Shown here: positions 1 to 9,948 of the stretch, piece after piece
How positions within the stretch are numbered: the first letter of the stretch is position 1
How the letters are laid out: every line of letters starts with the position of its first letter
Source of the DNA: Dehalococcoidia bacterium
Lineage (GTDB): Bacteria > Chloroflexota > Dehalococcoidia > Lucifugimonadales > UBA3495
DNA length: 64,000 bases
Reading direction: 5' to 3'
Assembly: GCA_965199995.1 (NCBI GenBank)
Contig: OZ241328.1
Location: 716,627 to 780,626, forward strand
Position numbers and translations under genes: made by a program
The notes under the pieces: generated by a model
The model's input: only the letters and a program-made list of their open reading frames with translations
What the model was told of the DNA's origin: nothing
Database searches by the model: none

Positions 1-1744
1 CAATGGTGTCGGTCAAGTCGGCAATCCGCCGGGATATGCCGGAGGCCAGCTCCTTGCGGCTGCTGACGCTGGGGTCGGCCAACGTCTTCAGCGACTCGGA
101 CAGCTCATTAAGTTTGGAGCCGATGCTGTCGGCGGCGTCCCGGCGAACATTTGACAGCGGCTGGGAAACAGAGCGAAGAGTTTCCACCAGATCGCTTACT
201 TTGCCGGAGATATTTTCCCCGAAATCGCGCCCGGCCAGCGAGTCCGGATGCGCGAGGTCTCGCAGGTTGTCGGTGGCTTCGCCCAGTCTGGCGGAAACCG
301 AGTCGCTCAGTTCCTTGCTGGTGGCGGCCAGCCGCAGCTTATAGGTGCGCAGTATGCGGAATACTCGTCGGTAGACGTCATCCACTTCCTGCAACTTGGA
401 TGTGTACTTGTCGAAAATCTCGCGGCTTTCCTGCATGGACCACCGCTCATCGTGGTGGACGAACTGGCGTCCGGTGTAGAGCTGGTAGGGGCGCATTTCC
501 CCTTCCTGCAACAGCTCGCCGAGCTCGTTCAGCGGTTTGAGGGCTGTCCAGTTGGAGGTGGCCGGCAAGGGTGTGAGGAAGTTGGCTGTCTGATACCGGC
601 TAACCGTCGTTACCCAATCGGCCAGGGACATTATGCTTTCTTCGGTGTCGTAGGGCAAGCCGATGATGGTCATTGCCACTACGGTGAAGCCCAGCTCATT
701 GATATATGCCAGATCGCGGTGCATTTGACCAGGTTCCTGGCGCTTGTTCACCGCTTTCAGGTTTTCGGCGTTGTCGGATTCCACGCCCAGATAAAGCATC
801 TTCACGTTGGCTTCCTGCAAGGCGTGGGCCAGTTCCGGGTCCTGACCGATTTCGGCGCGGGCCTGGATGATAAGATTCATATTATCGGTGTGGCCCTTCC
901 AGCCCTTGAGCCTCTCCAGCCGCTCATTGCGGAACTTCACCGCCCGCAGCGGCGGGGTGTGCAGGTCGTCGGACACGAACACCTGGAAGGAGCCGTTGCG
1001 CGAGGTGTGAATCAGCCCGTCGGCGGCCAGTTCGCGCAACTGGGCCAGCCGCTTGAACTCGGTTTCCCGGGATACTAGCCTGTATCCTAGGAACTGCTGA
1101 ATCACCTGGCAATAGGTGCACTTCTCGGTGCAGCCCCGGATGGTCTCGACCACTGCCCCGGCCATCGGGTTTTCCGGCGTGAGGTCGCGGATGGAGCGAA
1201 AATCCGGCAACTCCACGAAGTCGGGGCGCACCAGCCCGGTCCGCCTAGTCTGGACCACGTTCCCGTCTTCCAAATAGCTAATGCCGGGGACTTTCGCCAG
1301 ATACTGGTTGCGGTCGGCCCGGGGCCGCTCCATCAGCACATCGCACAGTTGTCCGATAATGTCTTCGCCCTCGCGCTGGACGATGACGTCGAAGCGCCCG
1401 TAGTCGAAGGCTTCTTCAGGCAACGGGCTCATCTGCGGGCCGCCGCCGATGGTGATAATCTCAGGATGGTATTCCTTGGCTTGCCGCGCTACCTGGTATG
1501 CCCGGGGGGCTTCGTTAATCAGCGCGGTCAGCATCAGGATGTCCACGCCTTCTAGATCCTTCTCCGGGTCCATAAGGCCGGAGCGGTCTTCAAACCAGAT
1601 TTCCCGCTCGTAGACGAAGGGGCCTTCCCACTGGGCGAGCGCTGCGGACAGATAGAGCATTCCCTGCCTGGGAATCGCGACATATTCAAAGTTGCCGCCG
1701 GCAGAGGCCGGTTGGAGCAGCATCACCCGTTTGATTCGAGACAT
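1..1744 (-). CDS. B12-binding-domain radical SAM protein (partial; 3' end beyond window start)
   Basis: Not in the supplied ORF track because it runs off the edge. The minus-strand frame from ATG 1744 (GGGAGG 4 nt upstream) is open to base 1, 581 codons. N-terminus MSRIKRVMLLQPASAGGNFEYVAIPRQGMLYLSAAL resembles a B12-binding domain. CTEKCTYC (CxxxCxxC, nt 1109-1132) is the radical SAM cluster motif. Confidence 0.8.
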   Translation of the reverse strand, partial: MSRIKRVMLLQPASAGGNFEYVAIPRQGMLYLSAALAQWEGPFVYEREIWFEDRSGLMDPEKDLEGVDILMLTALINEAPRAYQVARQAKEYHPEIITIGGGPQMSPLPEEAFDYGRFDVIVQREGEDIIGQLCDVLMERPRADRNQYLAKVPGISYLEDGNVVQTRRTGLVRPDFVELPDFRSIRDLTPENPMAGAVVETIRGCTEKCTYCQVIQQFLGYRLVSRETEFKRLAQLRELAADGLIHTSRNGSFQVFVSDDLHTPPLRAVKFRNERLERLKGWKGHTDNMNLIIQARAEIGQDPELAHALQEANVKMLYLGVESDNAENLKAVNKRQEPGQMHRDLAYINELGFTVVAMTIIGLPYDTEESIMSLADWVTTVSRYQTANFLTPLPATSNWTALKPLNELGELLQEGEMRPYQLYTGRQFVHHDERWSMQESREIFDKYTSKLQEVDDVYRRVFRILRTYKLRLAATSKELSDSVSARLGEATDNLRDLAHPDSLAGRDFGENISGKVSDLVETLRSVSQPLSNVRRDAADSIGSKLNELSESLKTLADPSVSSRKELASGISRRIADLTDTI

Positions 1745-1945
1745 TTCGCCTCCCTATGTCATTCAAGTCTTGCCTCTTGAGGCTGACCCGAACTCTCTGC
1801 ATCCAGCCTAATGGGTTGAACGCAGTTTTCGACAATGCTATACGATTCGCCGCGCCCTAATTTTGGACTGGCAGTATAACCCTTTTCCCATCAACATTAT
1901 ACAGGCAACAGTATACAGGATGTCATAACGCTTAATCAGGGTTTT

Positions 1946-2884
1946 TCAGCGAAATAACGGAATCAACTGCTCCGCGATGTCTGCCAGATGCCGCTCCCGG
2001 TCTTCCGGCGGGCAGGTGATGCTGAAGACGATGTGCCGCGCCCCGGCGTCCACGTATTCCCCCAGCCGCTCGGCGCATTGTTCGGGGGTTCCCAGCAGGC
2101 AATAACGCCGGACGATGTTGATGAATTCGCCGCCATAGAGATATTGGCCGCCGAGCTCGCGGGCAGCCATTTCCGCCGCTTCTTCTTCGGTGGGGTAGAG
2201 GGATATGTAGGGGAAGAACCCCCACTGGAAGCCTTCCAGACTCCGCCCTTCCTCAGCGGCGAACCGGCGTATTTTCTCCACGCTGTCGCGGTAGCGGGGC
2301 GGGTCGAAGAAATAAGGCACCCAGCCCTCGCCGAAACGGGCCGCCCGGCGCATCGCCGCGTCGCGCCGCCCCGATACCCACACCGGTGGGTGAGGCTGCT
2401 GCACGGGCCTCGGGTTAATCATCGCGCCGTCCAACCGGAAGTGCCGGCCCGAGAAGGACACCCGGTCCCCCGTCCAGAGACGCCGCAGAACCTCTAGGGT
2501 CTCGTCGGTGCGCCGTCCTCGTTGGTTCACCCGCAGGCCCGAATTCTCGAACTCGGCCGGATACTCGCCTCCGATGCCCACGCCCAGGGTCAGGCGTCCG
2601 TTGGAAGCTGCGTCCAGGGTTGCCGTCATACGGGCCAGCATCAAGGGGTGATAGAAGGGAACCAGAACGATGGACGACAGCAACCGGATGGACTGCGTTG
2701 CTCCAGCAGCTACCGCCAGCACCGGAAGGGAAGCATGAGTAGGAAGGGGTGGGTCGCCCCGCATGAAATGCTCCCCGGCAGAGAAGTATTCATATCCCAG
2801 TTCTTCCATCCACCGCGCTTGTCGCACCGTCTCCCCCACCTCAAGGGTCAGGTTGGCTCCGAAGTGCAGGCCGTCAGCCGCCAT
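1946..2884 (-). CDS. LLM-class (luciferase-like) flavin/F420-dependent oxidoreductase
   Basis: 312-aa ORF with LLM-family blocks RLTLGVGIGGEYPAEF and QQPHPPVWVSGRRDAAMRRAARFGEGW. Confidence 0.8.
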   Translation of the reverse strand: MAADGLHFGANLTLEVGETVRQARWMEELGYEYFSAGEHFMRGDPPLPTHASLPVLAVAAGATQSIRLLSSIVLVPFYHPLMLARMTATLDAASNGRLTLGVGIGGEYPAEFENSGLRVNQRGRRTDETLEVLRRLWTGDRVSFSGRHFRLDGAMINPRPVQQPHPPVWVSGRRDAAMRRAARFGEGWVPYFFDPPRYRDSVEKIRRFAAEEGRSLEGFQWGFFPYISLYPTEEEAAEMAARELGGQYLYGGEFINIVRRYCLLGTPEQCAERLGEYVDAGARHIVFSITCPPEDRERHLADIAEQLIPLFR

Positions 2885-3027
2885 TGCTCCATCCGCTCCA
2901 TATCATTCCGAAAGAAATGCGCCCCGAAAGAAATGCGCCGCTTCATATTAGCGCACTGGGCGCGGAGTTCCAATGCCGGCAATGCTATATAGCAGGGCAA
3001 TTGCATATGAAATTATAATCCAGAGGC

Positions 3028-3148
3028 TCCGGCGGAAAGCCGGAATCTGGAGTCTGGGGATGCCTGATTTTCGGAGCGATGCCGCTTAATCTAGTTTGCT
3101 GATTCCCTCGTCCGCGGGAATGATGGGTATAAGCTGCCTATATGTAAT
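3028..3148. repeat. MITE-like intergenic repeat, copy 1 (degenerate hairpin core at 3101-3123)
   Basis: Aligns block by block with 60966-61136: TCCGGCGGAAAGCCG, GGATGCCTGATTTTCGGAGCGATGCCGC, GATTCCC..GCGGGAATGA, GGGTATAAGCTGCCTATATG. Confidence 0.6.
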
Positions 3149-3165
3149 ATCCCTTACTACATAGA

Positions 3166-3195
3166 GAGACTTAGCGGCGAGAGACTTAGTGGCGG
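3166..3195. repeat. 15-bp tandem duplication x2 (GAGACTTAGCGGCGA / GAGACTTAGTGGCGG)
   Basis: Read directly; two mismatches between the copies; intergenic. Confidence 0.75.
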
Positions 3196-3335
3196 CCGCG
3201 CCTTGACATTCTGTCTACTCCATTGAAACATTGAGTTAGGAAATATTGAGTTGGACCCTGAATGCGGCAAAGGCAGCCGTGGGCCATTAAGTCCATTAAC
3301 GGGCAGTCCAAATCCGGCGCAGGAAGGATACGCTC

Positions 3336-4286
3336 TTGCTGGTTCTGGTGACGGGAGCTACCGGGTTCTTGGGGCAGTGCGTAGTGCGCGAACTTTTGGC
3401 GCGCCGCCATCAGGTACGCTGCTTGGTTCACTCGCCGGGAAAGGAGCGGGTTTTCGAGCATGGGGCGGTGGAGGTGCATTACGGCAGCGTCCAAAGCCCC
3501 GATGCCCTGAAGCAGGCGCTCTATGACGTTCAGTCGGTGGTGCATCTGGTGGGCATCATTCGCCTTGAGCGAGGGGTGACCTTCGATGGGATACACCGGC
3601 AAGGCACGGCCAATGTGGCAGCGGCGGCAAAGGAGACCGGCGCCCGCGAACTGATATACGTCAGCGCTATGGGGGCTACCTCCGACCCGTCTTATCCGTA
3701 CTTCTATTCCAAGCGCCAGGCGGAGATGGAAGTCATTGGCTCCGGCTTGGAGTACACCATTCTCCGCCCGTCCGTGATTTTCGGGGAGGGCGACGAGTTT
3801 CTGACAGCATTGGCAGGACTGGTCCGGCTCGGCCCCATTACTCCGGTCATCGGCGGAGGCAACAACCGGATGCAGCCGATTGCCGTGGAGGACGTGGCCC
3901 GTTGCGTGGCTGCTTCGGTGGGAAACTCTGTACTCAAGAGAAAAATCATATCCCTGGGCGGCCCCGACAGGTTGAGCTATAACGCCTTGCTGGACGAAGT
4001 GGCGCTGGCGATGGGAAGGCGGGTTCGCCGGGTGCATATCCCGACTCCCCTCATCTGGCCGGCCATAGCGGTTATGGAGCGCCTTCTGCCTCGGGCTCCA
4101 GTAACCACCGGCCAGCTCAAGATGCTGGGCATCCGCAACGTGGCGGAAGGCCGCGATTGGGAGCAGTCCTTCGGGTTTACCCCCAAGCCGCTGCGGGGTA
4201 ACATTGGTTATGTGAGGGAAGTTACCTTTGGCGATGCCCTGCGGATGACGCTGGGGTTGTCTATGCCCCGCCGAAGGAATTGGTAA
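3336..4286 (+). CDS. NAD(P)H-binding atypical SDR (NDUFA9/NmrA-like) protein
   Basis: 316 aa; N-terminal Rossmann motif MLVLVTGATGFLG. Confidence 0.75.
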   Translation: MLVLVTGATGFLGQCVVRELLARRHQVRCLVHSPGKERVFEHGAVEVHYGSVQSPDALKQALYDVQSVVHLVGIIRLERGVTFDGIHRQGTANVAAAAKETGARELIYVSAMGATSDPSYPYFYSKRQAEMEVIGSGLEYTILRPSVIFGEGDEFLTALAGLVRLGPITPVIGGGNNRMQPIAVEDVARCVAASVGNSVLKRKIISLGGPDRLSYNALLDEVALAMGRRVRRVHIPTPLIWPAIAVMERLLPRAPVTTGQLKMLGIRNVAEGRDWEQSFGFTPKPLRGNIGYVREVTFGDALRMTLGLSMPRRRNW

Positions 4287-4342
4287 ATGGCGGTTTTAAA
4301 GGAATTGCACCAACCAGACAGCATTACTAAACTTTTAGTGAG

Positions 4343-5701
4343 ATGTGTATGGAGTACAGTGAAGCCATTGCCAAAATTTTGTCCCTGTTCGACTCGGAAA
4401 GAGCTAAGATAAACGGCCCGCGCCAGAAGGCCATATACAATTTGGGGCGTATGGAGTCATTGCTAGAACGAATCGGCAACCCTCAGCGGCGAGTGCCTGC
4501 CGTACATATCGCCGGCACCAAGGGCAAGGGCAGCACGGCGGCCTTCTGCGACGCGGCCTTTCACGCCACCGGCCTCAGCACCGGGTTCTACTCGTCGCCG
4601 CATCTGCATACCTTCCGGGAAAGGATGCGCCGGGATTGTCAGCCCGTATCGGAAGAGGAATTTGCCGGTCTGGTAGAGGAAATCTGGCCGCTGCGCAAGG
4701 GTGAATCAGAAGATGTGGTGACCCTTTTTGAGTTTCTTACCGGAATGGCCTTTCTTTGTTTTGACCAGGCCCGCGCCGACGTGCAGACGGTGGAGGTCGG
4801 CTTGGGCGGAAAGCTCGACGCCACTAACGTGGTGGACGCCGACGTGTGCGTGATTACCTCAGTTAGCATGGACCATGCCAAGATCCTGGGCGATACCATT
4901 GGCGAGATTGCCGCGGATAAAGCTGGGATTATCAAGCCCGGCTCTATTCCGGTCATCGCCCCCCAGCGCGCTGAGGCGATGACCTCGATTCTCGACGCCT
5001 GCAACCGCGTAGGCGTGGAGCCGGTGCTGATTGGCCGGGATGTAACCTGGGAAGCCCGAGGGTCATACCTGGGGGGGCAGTATCTCACCGTTCAAGGATT
5101 GCGCGGCTCTTATGACTTAGACATCCCGCTGCTAGGCGACTACCAGATGGAGAACGCCGCTACCGCCGTGGCCGCTATCGAGTCTATCAGCCAGGTACAG
5201 GACTTCAACGTTTCCACCGAGGCGCTGTCGCAAGGGTTTCGCAACGTATCCTGGCCCTGTCGCATGGAGCTGGTGGGGCGCGCGCCTCTGGTTGTCGTTG
5301 ACGGAGCCCACAACGATTATTCTGTAGATAAGCTGTTGGAATCTTTGCCCAATTATTTCGATTACGAAAGACTGCTGATAGTGGCCGGTTTCTCGAAGGA
5401 CAAAAATGTAGAGCAAATGGTGGACTCGCTGGCCCCGGCGGCCGGCTTGGCTATTGCTACTAAATCCCGCCACCCTCGCGCCCTGAGCACTAAAAAACTT
5501 TCTAAGATGCTGAGAGAACGCGGAGCTGAGACGGTTACCGCGCCAACGGCTTCCCAAGCTCTGGAACTGGCGCGCTCCGAGGCCGGCCCCCGAGATTTGG
5601 TTCTGGCGATTGGTTCGCTGTTCCTGGCTGCGGAGGTGCGGGAAGCCGCCCTGGGTATCGAACCGGAAGTATATGCCTACCAGCGGAATAAAAGCAGTTA
5701 G
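4343..5701 (+). CDS. folC: Folylpolyglutamate synthase / dihydrofolate synthase (Mur ligase family)
   Basis: 452 aa; P-loop HIAGTKGKGST and FolC-like SSPHLHTFRER block. Confidence 0.8.
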   Translation: MCMEYSEAIAKILSLFDSERAKINGPRQKAIYNLGRMESLLERIGNPQRRVPAVHIAGTKGKGSTAAFCDAAFHATGLSTGFYSSPHLHTFRERMRRDCQPVSEEEFAGLVEEIWPLRKGESEDVVTLFEFLTGMAFLCFDQARADVQTVEVGLGGKLDATNVVDADVCVITSVSMDHAKILGDTIGEIAADKAGIIKPGSIPVIAPQRAEAMTSILDACNRVGVEPVLIGRDVTWEARGSYLGGQYLTVQGLRGSYDLDIPLLGDYQMENAATAVAAIESISQVQDFNVSTEALSQGFRNVSWPCRMELVGRAPLVVVDGAHNDYSVDKLLESLPNYFDYERLLIVAGFSKDKNVEQMVDSLAPAAGLAIATKSRHPRALSTKKLSKMLRERGAETVTAPTASQALELARSEAGPRDLVLAIGSLFLAAEVREAALGIEPEVYAYQRNKSS

Positions 5702-5744
5702 GGAGAAATAACGTGGCCGGAAATTTCCGTAGCCGGACAGAACC

Positions 5745-6995
5745 GTGAGCAACGAGCAAGTTAGGGTCGTAGTGACCGGCATGGGAGCCATGACTCCGCT
5801 GGGGGAGTCCGCCGATGAATTCTGGATGAACCTGGCTGCCGGCAAGTCGGGCGTCGGGCCGATGACTTTGTGCGACCCTACCGGCTACCCTTGCCGCATA
5901 TCGGGGGAAGTGACGGGTTTCGACCCGCAACGGTATATCCCCGGCAGGGAAGCCCGCAGGATGGCCCGGTTCTCGCAGTTGGCCGCCGCCGCCGGGTTGC
6001 AGGCCGCGGAGACGGCCGCCATAGACGTATCCCGCGAAGACCCTTACCGGGTAGGGGTCATTCTGGGCAATGGCAATGGGGGGTTTCCAACCCTAGAAGA
6101 GAACTGCCGTATTCTGGCCGAGCGCGGCGGTATGCGAATGTCTCCCTTCTTTTTTCCGATGATTTTGCCCAATATGGCCGCTGCCGCCGTTAGCCGGTAT
6201 CTGGGCGCCCAAGGATACAATTCGACGGCCACCACCGCCTGCGCCGCTTCCAATCAAGCCATCGGCGAAGCGTTGGACGTGATACGCCGGGGAGCGGCCG
6301 ACGTGGTGTTCGCCGGCGGCGCAGAGGCGGGCATCAGCCTGCTGGGGCTGTCTGGCTTTGCTGTGATGCGCGCTCTCAGCACCCGCAACGACGAGCCGCA
6401 ACAAGCCAGCCGCCCCTTCGACGCCGGCCGGGACGGATTCGTGCCCTCGGAGGGCGCCGTGGTTCTGGCCATGGAACGGTTGGATCACGCGCTCTCGCGG
6501 GGGGCCAATATCCTGGCTGAGGTTGCCGGATTCGGCTGCACCAGCGATGCCGGCCATCCAGTGCAGCCAGAGGAGTCGGGAGCCAGCGCCGCCCAAGCTA
6601 TGAGCATCGCCCTTAGCGACGCGGGCGTAACTGTGGAGCAGGTGGACTACATCAATGCCCACGGCACTTCCACCCCGCTGAACGATACCCTGGAAACCGT
6701 TGCCATCAAGCGGCTGTTCGGCGAGCGGGCTTATCAGATCCCGGTCAGTTCCACCAAATCTATGATTGGGCATTCCTTGGGGGCGGCCGGCGCTTTGGAG
6801 GCAGCCGCCTGCATCAAGACTATCACCGAGGCGTTGGTGCACCCCACCATTAACTACACTTCGCCGGACCCGGAGTGTGATCTGGACTATGTCCCCAACC
6901 ATGCCCGCCTGCTGGAAGTGCGAGTGGCGCTGTCCAACGCCTTCGGTTTCGGAGGGCAGAACGCCTGCCTGGTATTTCGCAAGTTCGAGGAATAG
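5745..6995 (+). CDS. fabF: Beta-ketoacyl-ACP synthase II
   Basis: 416 aa, GTG start; [13 protein letters not shown], active-site context [13 protein letters not shown]-terminal [15 protein letters not shown]. Confidence 0.9.
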   Translation: MSNEQVRVVVTGMGAMTPLGESADEFWMNLAAGKSGVGPMTLCDPTGYPCRISGEVTGFDPQRYIPGREARRMARFSQLAAAAGLQAAETAAIDVSREDPYRVGVILGNGNGGFPTLEENCRILAERGGMRMSPFFFPMILPNMAAAAVSRYLGAQGYNSTATTACAASNQAIGEALDVIRRGAADVVFAGGAEAGISLLGLSGFAVMRALSTRNDEPQQASRPFDAGRDGFVPSEGAVVLAMERLDHALSRGANILAEVAGFGCTSDAGHPVQPEESGASAAQAMSIALSDAGVTVEQVDYINAHGTSTPLNDTLETVAIKRLFGERAYQIPVSSTKSMIGHSLGAAGALEAAACIKTITEALVHPTINYTSPDPECDLDYVPNHARLLEVRVALSNAFGFGGQNACLVFRKFEE

Positions 6996-7073
6996 CCGAC
7001 TTGACTTCCCCTTTGCTTTCGCCTCATCAAATTGGCGGCGATGGCACAACTTCGAGCCGGAAGAGGAGACGCA

Positions 7074-8102
7074 ATGACCGAGAGACTGGTGGCCGGCACG
7101 GAGCTTCAGGAAGACGCCGATGTTTCTCTGCGCCCAAGGCGGCTCGACGAATTCGTTGGCCAGTCTCAGGCAAAACAGACCCTGCAGATAGCCATAGACG
7201 CCGCCAAGATACGGCAGGAGTCGCTGGATCACGCCATCGTTTACGGCCCGCCCGGTTTAGGCAAGACCACCATGGCCCATATCATCGCCGCGGAGATGGA
7301 GGTTCCTATCCGCGTCACCTCCGGCCCGGCCATCGAGCGCGCGGGGGATATGGCTGCCATCCTGACCAGCCTTCAGCCTAAAGAAGTGCTGTTCGTAGAC
7401 GAAATTCACCGTCTGAACCGGGTGGTAGAGGAAGTGCTGTATTCGGCAATGGAAGATTTCTTCCTATCTTGGATGGTTGGCAAGGGGCTGGCGGCCCGAA
7501 GCGTGAACCTGCGCATCAGCCCCTTCACCTTGGTGGGCGCTACCACTCGCTTCTCCATGGTCAGCGCGCCGCTTCGAGACCGTTTCGGCTCGGTGTGGCG
7601 TTTGGAATACTATGACAGGGAGGAAATGAAAATAATCGTCGAACGCTCGGCGCGAATCTTGAACGCGAGCTACGATGCCGACGGCGTGGCGGAAATCGCG
7701 CGCCGCTCCCGGGGCACTCCCCGAATCGCCAACCGGCTGCTCCGGCGCACCCGCGATTTTGCGCTGGTAAAAGCCGAAAATCATATCACCGGCCCGGTGT
7801 CCCGCGCCGCCCTGGAACAACTCAACGTTGATCCCCTGGGACTGGACCAGTCCGACCATCGTTTGCTCAGCAGCATCATAGACAAGTTTGACGGCGGCCC
7901 GGTGGGGCTGGACACCCTGGCCGCGGCTCTGAACGAAGATTCCGATACTATTATGGACGTTTGGGAACCTTACTTGCTGCAACTGGGATTTCTTGACCGC
8001 ACGCCCAGAGGGCGGGTAGCCACCCGTCTTGCCCATGAGCATTTGGGCCGCCCCTATCAGTCCTTGCCTCTGATCAACCAGACCAAGCTAGATGGGTTCT
8101 AG
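7074..8102 (+). CDS. ruvB: Holliday junction branch migration helicase RuvB
   Basis: [12 protein letters not shown], Walker [21 protein letters not shown] 7074 follows GAGGAG and is preferred over the track start at 7032. Confidence 0.9.
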   Translation: MTERLVAGTELQEDADVSLRPRRLDEFVGQSQAKQTLQIAIDAAKIRQESLDHAIVYGPPGLGKTTMAHIIAAEMEVPIRVTSGPAIERAGDMAAILTSLQPKEVLFVDEIHRLNRVVEEVLYSAMEDFFLSWMVGKGLAARSVNLRISPFTLVGATTRFSMVSAPLRDRFGSVWRLEYYDREEMKIIVERSARILNASYDADGVAEIARRSRGTPRIANRLLRRTRDFALVKAENHITGPVSRAALEQLNVDPLGLDQSDHRLLSSIIDKFDGGPVGLDTLAAALNEDSDTIMDVWEPYLLQLGFLDRTPRGRVATRLAHEHLGRPYQSLPLINQTKLDGF

Positions 8103-8181
8103 CAACCTATCCGCCGTTGCTATCGCAGCGGCTAAAGACATAGAATAGCTGGAGCGCCATAAATAATCGGAAAAGAATAAA

Positions 8182-8600
8182 ATGACCACTGCACCGCTGA
8201 CAGGCTCCCTGCCACCCTCCGACCGCTATGCGGCCATCAGCCAGCTCTGCTCCGGCAGGCGCAGGAGGAATTGGACGACGATGATCCTATTCAGGCGTCG
8301 GAAAAGGCCTAGGGCGCGGCGGCTCACGCCATCAAGGCCGTCGCCGAAAAATGGAGTTGGTATCATCAAGGCCATTTTCGGCTGAACGTGGTGGTGGATT
8401 TTATCGCGATAGAGCGAGGCAGGGATGATTTGATTGACTTATACCTTACATCCCGCATCCCGCGACAATGCATTTCAACTACTTCGAGCATGAATTAGAC
8501 GGGGACAAGGTGCAGATTGCCATAAACGCCACAAAGGACTTCGTGGAGGAGATGGACAAGATCCAAGCCGAATCTGTCCCAACGTTTCCGCCGCCGCAGA
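8182..8600 (+). pseudogene. Decayed PaREP1/HEPN-like gene (in-frame TAG plus frameshifts)
   Basis: Three frames joined read ..LLRQAQEELDDDDPIQASEKA*GAAAHAIKAVAEKWSWYHQGHFRL..DLIDLY..(shift)..MHFNYFEHELDGDKVQIAINATKDFVEEM. This follows the QASEKxWGAAAxAxKAxA ... LHxNFYE pattern I recall for the PaREP1 family. TAG at 8310-8312 sits where W (TGG) is expected. Confidence 0.45.
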
Positions 8601-8721
8601 GCTTGGCCCACGCCCAAGCCCGGAGATTGCGGTTGCTTAATACTTCACCAACAGATCACCCGCCGAGACACGCTGACGTATCGCTGCTGCCCCCGGTATA
8701 TCCGGAGCCGCCGGAAACCCG

Positions 8722-9948
8722 ATGATGCCACCGAGTACCTCCGCCCCTCCAGAAACCCGCCTTGCTCCGGCCTTGGATGCCGCCGCATCCGGGCGCTCTC
8801 TCTCGGAGGAAGAGGCGTGGGCCCTGACCAGCGCCGATGACAGCGCATTGGCCGCAATGTGTGAGGTGGCGGCCCGGATGCGCGACTTGGGCAAAGGCAA
8901 AACCGTGTCCTTCTCGCCCAAGGTGTTCATTCCGCTGACCCATATGTGTCGTGATTTCTGTGGGTACTGCATCTTTCGCAAGACACCGGAACAGGCGGGC
9001 GACACGTTGTATATGACCCCAGAGCAGGTGCTGGATGTGGCGAGGGCTGGCCAGCGCCTCGGCTGCACCGAAGCGCTGTTCACTCTCGGCGAGCGCCCGG
9101 AGCAACGCTACCCCGAAGCAAAGGAATGGCTTGCCCAGCGCGGATTCAGGACTACGCTGGAATACCTGACCTACGTGAATCGTTTAGTGCTGGAAGAAAC
9201 CGCTCTTCTCCCCCATGCCAACCCGGGAACCATGAGCCGGCGGGAGATAGCGGCCCTTCAGCCTTATAACCCATCCGTTGGTCTGATGCTGGAAAGCACT
9301 TCCCCGGCACTCCACGGGCCGGGTGGTCCGCATGAGTTCGCCCCCAGCAAACGCCCCAGGGTGCGGCTGAGAACTATCGAACTGGCCGGCGAGTTGCGGT
9401 TGCCCTTTACTACTGGTATTCTCATTGGCATTGGCGAGTCCCGCGAAGATCGCATAGAGTCCCTGCTTGCAATTCGGGAATTGCATCGCCGATTCGGGCA
9501 TATTCAGGAAGTTATTGTTCAGAACTTTCGGGCGAAACCCAATACCGCAATGCAGGACAAGCTGGATGCCGATACCATTGAGTTCCTATGGTCGGTGGCG
9601 GCGGCCAGGCTGATTCTGGGCCAGGATGCTAATGTGCAGGTGCCGCCGAACCTGAGTGCGGATAATTACGGCATCTACTTGGACGCGGGAATCAACGACT
9701 GGGGTGGCGTGTCTCCTCTGACCATTGACTTCGTCAATCCGGAGGCCCCGTGGCCGGCTCTGACGCAATTGAAAGAACAGACTGAGGCGGCAGGTTTCCG
9801 GCTTAAACCCAGGCTGCCGGTGTATCCCGAATACTTCCTTTCCACAGGCGACTACCTTTCCGAGGGCCTGCGGGCTAAAACCCGCGCCCTCGCCGACGAT
9901 GACGGATATGTACGAGGGGGAATCCAACGATATGTCGGGAACAACTGA
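8722..9948 (+). CDS. cofG: FO synthase subunit 1 (7,8-didemethyl-8-hydroxy-5-deazariboflavin synthase CofG)
   Basis: 408 aa; radical SAM motif CRDFCGYC; CofG-like blocks; followed by cofH, cofD and cofC. Confidence 0.85.
   Translation: MMPPSTSAPPETRLAPALDAAASGRSLSEEEAWALTSADDSALAAMCEVAARMRDLGKGKTVSFSPKVFIPLTHMCRDFCGYCIFRKTPEQAGDTLYMTPEQVLDVARAGQRLGCTEALFTLGERPEQRYPEAKEWLAQRGFRTTLEYLTYVNRLVLEETALLPHANPGTMSRREIAALQPYNPSVGLMLESTSPALHGPGGPHEFAPSKRPRVRLRTIELAGELRLPFTTGILIGIGESREDRIESLLAIRELHRRFGHIQEVIVQNFRAKPNTAMQDKLDADTIEFLWSVAAARLILGQDANVQVPPNLSADNYGIYLDAGINDWGGVSPLTIDFVNPEAPWPALTQLKEQTEAAGFRLKPRLPVYPEYFLSTGDYLSEGLRAKTRALADDDGYVRGGIQRYVGNN

Noticed and set aside
248-1078. 276-aa plus-strand ORF (also 3-344 and 151-540)
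   Set aside because: It is antisense to the unlisted radical SAM frame, which has the CxxxCxxC motif and an SD-preceded ATG.
3186-4037. 283-aa minus-strand ORF
   Set aside because: It is antisense to the NAD(P)H-binding SDR-like gene, which has a GATGFLG Rossmann motif.
6093-7232. 379-aa minus-strand ORF
   Set aside because: It is antisense to fabF and spans the fabF/ruvB junction. Its composition is low-complexity and Arg/Gly/Ala-rich, typical of a GC-driven artefact.
8310-8312. In-frame TAG as programmed recoding (pyrrolysine or read-through)
   Set aside because: The same gene also needs at least two frameshifts to be read, and the TAG replaces a family-conserved Trp codon by a single substitution. 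Ordinary pseudogenisation is simpler, and no pyl genes are seen.
9899-9948. cofG/cofH overlap as a frameshifted fused fbiC
   Set aside because: Both ORFs have complete-looking termini and their own radical SAM motifs. Split cofG/cofH is a normal arrangement, and a short overlap is consistent with translational coupling.
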